Made by a program: the position numbers and the translations under genes. Positions 59,955 through 64,000 of a stretch of 64,000 bases of DNA are shown one piece after another (the stretch's first letter is position 1; every line of letters starts with the position of its first letter). A model generated the notes under the pieces. It had not been told where the DNA came from. It saw only the letters and a list, made by a program, of their open reading frames with translations, and ran no database searches. Origin of the DNA: Desulfatiglandales bacterium (lineage in GTDB: Bacteria; Desulfobacterota; DSM-4660; Desulfatiglandales; Desulfatiglandaceae); the NCBI GenBank assembly GCA_963666345.1, contig OY762721.1:704001-768000 (forward strand), in the 5' to 3' direction.

Positions 59955-60902
59955 GTGCATATTATAATGAAAACAATCTTTTCTCTGGACGAAATAGAAA
60001 AACCACTCAAAAACCCCGTGCTCACCATAGGCAATTTCGACGGCGTTCATCTTGGCCATCTGGCGCTCTTTGAAAAGGTAAAGGAAAGGGCAGCCAAGCT
60101 GAAAGGCCAGTCCGCGGTAATGACATTTCAGCCCCATCCAATCAAGGTAATGAAACCCGGTAACGGCCCGCCCCTTATTACACCGACCAGACAAAAGCTG
60201 AGCCTCATAGAAAAATCAGGAATAGACATAATATTCTGCATCCCCTTCACCAAACAGTTTGCAGCTATCACGGCGCGGCAGTTTATTGAGGATATCCTAA
60301 TAGCCAGGATAGGGATCAAGGAAATCATCGTAGGATATGATTATACCTTCGGAAACAGAAGAGAAGGCGACATTGAATATCTGAGGAAGGCCGGGGACCA
60401 TCTCGGTTTTACGGTGCATGAGGTTAAACCCGTTCAGATCGACCATACCCTGGTCTCAAGCACCTCTATCAGAAATCTTATCAGGGAAGGCGAGCTCAGG
60501 AAAGCGGAAAAACTCCTTGGAAGAAAATACCAGATAAGCGGCACTGTAGTGAAGGGTAAAAACAGGGGCGCCAGGCTGCTGGGATTTCCTACGGCAAATC
60601 TCAGGCTGGCGGATGAACTGACACCCAGACCGGGGGTATACGCGGTAAAGGTCCATCTCGATAACCGGGTATATGACGGGGTTACGAACATCGGATATAA
60701 CCCCACCTTCGGAAACGGGCAGTTTTCCGTTGAAACCCACCTGCTTGATTTCTCGGAAGATCTTCTTGAAAAGGATATCCGGGTTGATTTTATTGAAAGG
60801 CTTAGAAGCGAGAAGGGCTTTGACACACTGGAACAGCTTTCATCGCAGATAGCAAAGGATGTTCTGAGGGCACGGGAAAAACTGGCCGCTGAAGATATAT
60901 GA
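59955..60902 (+). CDS. ribF: Bifunctional riboflavin kinase/FAD synthetase
   Basis: IGNFDGVHLGH, VSSTSIR, GFPTAN and NIGYNPTF motifs. Confidence 0.96.
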   Translation: MHIIMKTIFSLDEIEKPLKNPVLTIGNFDGVHLGHLALFEKVKERAAKLKGQSAVMTFQPHPIKVMKPGNGPPLITPTRQKLSLIEKSGIDIIFCIPFTKQFAAITARQFIEDILIARIGIKEIIVGYDYTFGNRREGDIEYLRKAGDHLGFTVHEVKPVQIDHTLVSSTSIRNLIREGELRKAEKLLGRKYQISGTVVKGKNRGARLLGFPTANLRLADELTPRPGVYAVKVHLDNRVYDGVTNIGYNPTFGNGQFSVETHLLDFSEDLLEKDIRVDFIERLRSEKGFDTLEQLSSQIAKDVLRAREKLAAEDI

Positions 60903-60927
60903 GGTTCCAAAAAGGATTTTCCCGGGG

Positions 60928-61422
60928 CTAAGCCGGGTGTTCCCTCATGCGAAGCTTATCCGCGAATTGTTTATCCCTGTAGGATACAACGGTTACCGGG
61001 GAACGCCTGAAAATCTTTTCCGCCACGGATCCCAGCAGCACCTGTTCAAGGTCTGTCCGGCCTTTAGGTCCCATGACTATCATATCGACCTGCTCTTCCT
61101 TTATTATCTTAAGCAACTGTTCCATAGGATTTCCGATTTTAATCAGGGTCTTCATCCTTTCAAAGGGAAAGGAGGAGGCCTTTAGAATTTTTTCGATCGA
61201 GCCCTTTCTTCCCAGTTCTACACTCGAAATATAATGATCTCCATCAACGTTGTAACCCATATCGCTTACAACCCTGACAGCTTCAACGTCCCTGTTGTTG
61301 ATAATATTGGCAACTATCATATCTGCACCCAGGCCTTCGGCCAGGGAGGCAGCAAAATCAAAAACACCCTGGGAATATTCACCCAGACCGAGGGCGACCA
61401 AAATTTTTTCTGTCTTTTTCAT
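60928..61422 (-). CDS. Universal stress protein
   Basis: KILVA, DMIVMG..G and LLGSVAEKIFRRSPVTV motifs. Confidence 0.9.
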   Translation of the reverse strand: MKKTEKILVALGLGEYSQGVFDFAASLAEGLGADMIVANIINNRDVEAVRVVSDMGYNVDGDHYISSVELGRKGSIEKILKASSFPFERMKTLIKIGNPMEQLLKIIKEEQVDMIVMGPKGRTDLEQVLLGSVAEKIFRRSPVTVVSYRDKQFADKLRMREHPA

Positions 61423-61493
61423 CGGAGCTATGCCTCTAAAATAAAAGATACCTTTCCAGAGTTAAGACACTGGGTTTAGTTACACCATGAGAT

Positions 61494-63791
61494 CTAGCCT
61501 CCAGCTTCCTTTTTTTTCCGACGCTTCATCTGATATATATAAAGGCCTATAAATGCGGCGGCGCCTATTACCTGTAGCATCCTTCTGTTAAGCACAACAA
61601 GGTCGTCGAATGCGCCGGGACGAAACATTATAACGCAGAGAAAACCCAAAAAGATTCGCTCTCCCCAATTGCATAAATCGGCAAAATAACCTTGGACGGC
61701 CGATGCAAAAGAGAACATGGCAAGTACTGAAACAAAAAAGATCCATATAATACTGAACCAGTGATCTATCCATATCGGCGCACCCTCGGCATCCACACCG
61801 CTCATCATCAAAAGTTCAATATTTAACAGGAATACAAAAGGCAGGATGGCGGTTCTCATGTCATAGGTGAAGCCCTGTATGCCTGTCTTGATGGGATCCG
61901 ATTTCGCGATAGCCGCCGCCGCATAGGCGGCAAGGCCTACAGGAGGGGTATCATCCGCAAGTATGCCGAAATAGAAGACAAAAAGATGTGCCGCAAGAAC
62001 CGGAAACACGAGGCCCGCATCGCCCCCCAGTTTAACAATTACAGGCGCGGTTAGAGATGCCATCATAATATAATTGGCCGTAGTTGGAAGTCCCATACCG
62101 AGGAACATGCTTGTAATGGCGGTCAACACAAGGGCCACATATATATTGCCCATGGAGATCTTATCTATCACCATGATGAAACGTCCGGCCAAGCCCGTAG
62201 AAGTTACAACTCCAACTATGATACCGGCTGTTGCAGTCGCAACACCAACAGAGACCATGTTACGGGCGCCGGTGACAAGACTTGAGCATATTTCCTTAAC
62301 CCCAAGCCAGGTCTCTGCAAAAAGGAGTGAAAAAAGATCCTCTCTGCCTGTAAGGGTGCCCTTACTTTTGGCCACCCCCAGGCTGACCCATACCTTTATC
62401 GGTCTCTGGAGCAACATCACGACTCCCATTGTTTCAAGGGCCAGCATACATGAGGTAATGGCTGAACGTCTCAATACCACCAGATACATGATTAGAACTA
62501 CTACGGGTATCAGATAATGGGCACCCCTCAGAAATGTCAGGAAAAATGGCGGAAGCTCGGATTTGGGAACCCTCTTCAATCCCAGTTTCATCGATTCCAG
62601 ATGAACCACGAAAAGCAACGCGATATATGAAACGACTGCAGGGATGAAGGCCGCACGGACGACATCTATATATGGAATTCCTATGGTCTCCGCCATTATA
62701 AAGGCTGCTGCTCCCATGATTGGGGGCATTAACTGGCCGTTTGTAGAAGCGGCTACCTCAACCGCAGCAGCTTTGTAATCCGGGAGTCCCACCTTTTTCA
62801 TGAGAGGGATAGTAAAAGTTCCCGTTGTGACGGTGTTGGCAATGGAAGAACCTGATACAAGACCGTTCATTCCCGATGCAAGGACCGCCGCCTTTGCAGG
62901 ACCTCCCCTGAATCTGCCCATCAACGAAAAGGCAACATCAATGAAATATTTTCCCGCACCAGCCTTTTCAAGAAGTGCCCCGAAAAGAACAAAGAGAAAA
63001 ACGAACTCCGCAGATACCTTTAGCGGTACCCCGAATACTCCGTCTGTTGCGATATATTGTGAAGACATTACAAGAATTACGCTATCCGCGCTGTGCCGAA
63101 GGAATTCCGGCATGTGACTACCAAGCAGATTGTATGCCAGAAAGACGCTTGCAATTATCGGAAGTGCAGGCCCGAGGCATCTCCTTGCAGCCTCAAGGAG
63201 AACCAGGATCATGGCAACACCCAGCCACATCTCATAGTTTTCGGGGATCCCTCCTCGCATTATTATGTCTTCATAATTAAACCAGATATAAAGGGCAAGA
63301 CAGGCTCCGACTGCTGCAAAAATCCAGTCGTAAATCGGAACATAAGCCCTGATAGATCTTTTTGATTCGGAGGGTGGAAAAATCTCCTGGAATATACTTA
63401 CCAAGAAGAAAGGTTTGCTTTCCTTATATGCGGGGAATGTCAGAAAGACAAGGGCCATGGCAAACCCCAGATGCCAGGACCTGGCCATGAAAGAATCCAA
63501 CCGGAAATCAATGGTAAAGGCAAAAGGAGTTTCAAAGACAAGTTTAAAACCTGAAGGGCTCTGCGCGTAGAAAAGCTGAAAACAGGACCAGATGAAACAG
63601 AGCGCGATTATCACCCCCGAAGCTATGCGACCCTGGGGTTCGCGTGGTCCCGTTTCGGCCATGGCCAAAATTTTGCTGGCAGTATCCTCTCCATTTTTTT
63701 CCTCGCCAGAGCCTTCATTTTTCTCTTCAGTCAAATCCTTTTCGGTTTCCGGATTTCTCTCTGCCATATCCTTTTCGCTCATGGCGTTCAT
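61494..63791 (-). CDS. TRAP transporter fused (4TM/12TM) permease
   Basis: GGPAKAAV, ASTNGQLMPPIMGAAAF, LGMGLPTTANY and ADDTPPVGLAA motifs. Confidence 0.95.
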   Translation of the reverse strand: MNAMSEKDMAERNPETEKDLTEEKNEGSGEEKNGEDTASKILAMAETGPREPQGRIASGVIIALCFIWSCFQLFYAQSPSGFKLVFETPFAFTIDFRLDSFMARSWHLGFAMALVFLTFPAYKESKPFFLVSIFQEIFPPSESKRSIRAYVPIYDWIFAAVGACLALYIWFNYEDIIMRGGIPENYEMWLGVAMILVLLEAARRCLGPALPIIASVFLAYNLLGSHMPEFLRHSADSVILVMSSQYIATDGVFGVPLKVSAEFVFLFVLFGALLEKAGAGKYFIDVAFSLMGRFRGGPAKAAVLASGMNGLVSGSSIANTVTTGTFTIPLMKKVGLPDYKAAAVEVAASTNGQLMPPIMGAAAFIMAETIGIPYIDVVRAAFIPAVVSYIALLFVVHLESMKLGLKRVPKSELPPFFLTFLRGAHYLIPVVVLIMYLVVLRRSAITSCMLALETMGVVMLLQRPIKVWVSLGVAKSKGTLTGREDLFSLLFAETWLGVKEICSSLVTGARNMVSVGVATATAGIIVGVVTSTGLAGRFIMVIDKISMGNIYVALVLTAITSMFLGMGLPTTANYIMMASLTAPVIVKLGGDAGLVFPVLAAHLFVFYFGILADDTPPVGLAAYAAAAIAKSDPIKTGIQGFTYDMRTAILPFVFLLNIELLMMSGVDAEGAPIWIDHWFSIIWIFFVSVLAMFSFASAVQGYFADLCNWGERIFLGFLCVIMFRPGAFDDLVVLNRRMLQVIGAAAFIGLYIYQMKRRKKKEAGG

Positions 63792-63840
63792 CTACCTCCG
63801 AATAGCAGTCGATATCTCTCCAGGGGCCAGTTTTAATAAT

Positions 63841-63872
63841 AAAAAAGGCGGAATCCCGCAGGATTCCGCCTT
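63841..63872 (-). terminator. Hairpin/terminator between the TAXI binding protein and the permease
   Basis: AAGGCGGAATCC-TGCG-GGATTCCGCCTTTTTT. Confidence 0.75.
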
Positions 63873-63882
63873 GCAAAGGCAA

Positions 63883-64000
63883 TTACTTCCAACCCTTTTC
63901 CTTGTAATACTTGAGTGCTCCGGGATGGAGAGGTGCTGTCAACCCCTCGAGCATAGCCTTTGGATCAAGGGTCCTGAACGCGGCGTGAGTGCCCTTGAGC
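63883..64000 (-). CDS. TAXI family TRAP solute-binding protein, C-terminal fragment
   Basis: ...HAAFRTLDPKAMLEGLTAPLHPGALKYYKEKGWK*. Confidence 0.88.
   Translation of the reverse strand, partial: LKGTHAAFRTLDPKAMLEGLTAPLHPGALKYYKEKGWK

Overview
This window looks like chromosome from a sulfate-reducing, aromatic-degrading Desulfobacterota bacterium (inferred from gene content). From the left it carries: sat (runs off the edge) behind a sigma54 promoter with its regulators; an ETF:quinone oxidoreductase and a polyprenyl synthase; and a convergent sulfur-type cluster. That cluster has a large TauE/SafE permease, a DUF106/EMC3-TMCO1-like protein, a second TauE, and a signal-less Psr/Phs-type molybdoenzyme fused to a TorD/DmsD chaperone. 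Next come assorted metabolic genes, leuCD, tRNA-Pro(GGG), a sigma54-driven adenylate/guanylate cyclase and a bzdP-bzdQ-bzdV-like module lacking bzdNO. A complete class II benzoyl-CoA reductase operon (bamBCDEFGHI) follows. Both bamE and bamF contain in-frame UGA codons followed by SECIS-like hairpins, and the operon is headed by a DUF2080 + GNAT gene pair whose promoter is covered by four 11-bp direct repeats. The right end holds a 5.2-kb decayed integrative element at tRNA-Leu(CAG) with an IS21, then ribF, a Usp gene and a TAXI-TRAP transporter. Intergenic DNA contains several palindromic repeat families and a group IIC intron 3' remnant. Family assignments come from motif recognition by eye; no searches were run.
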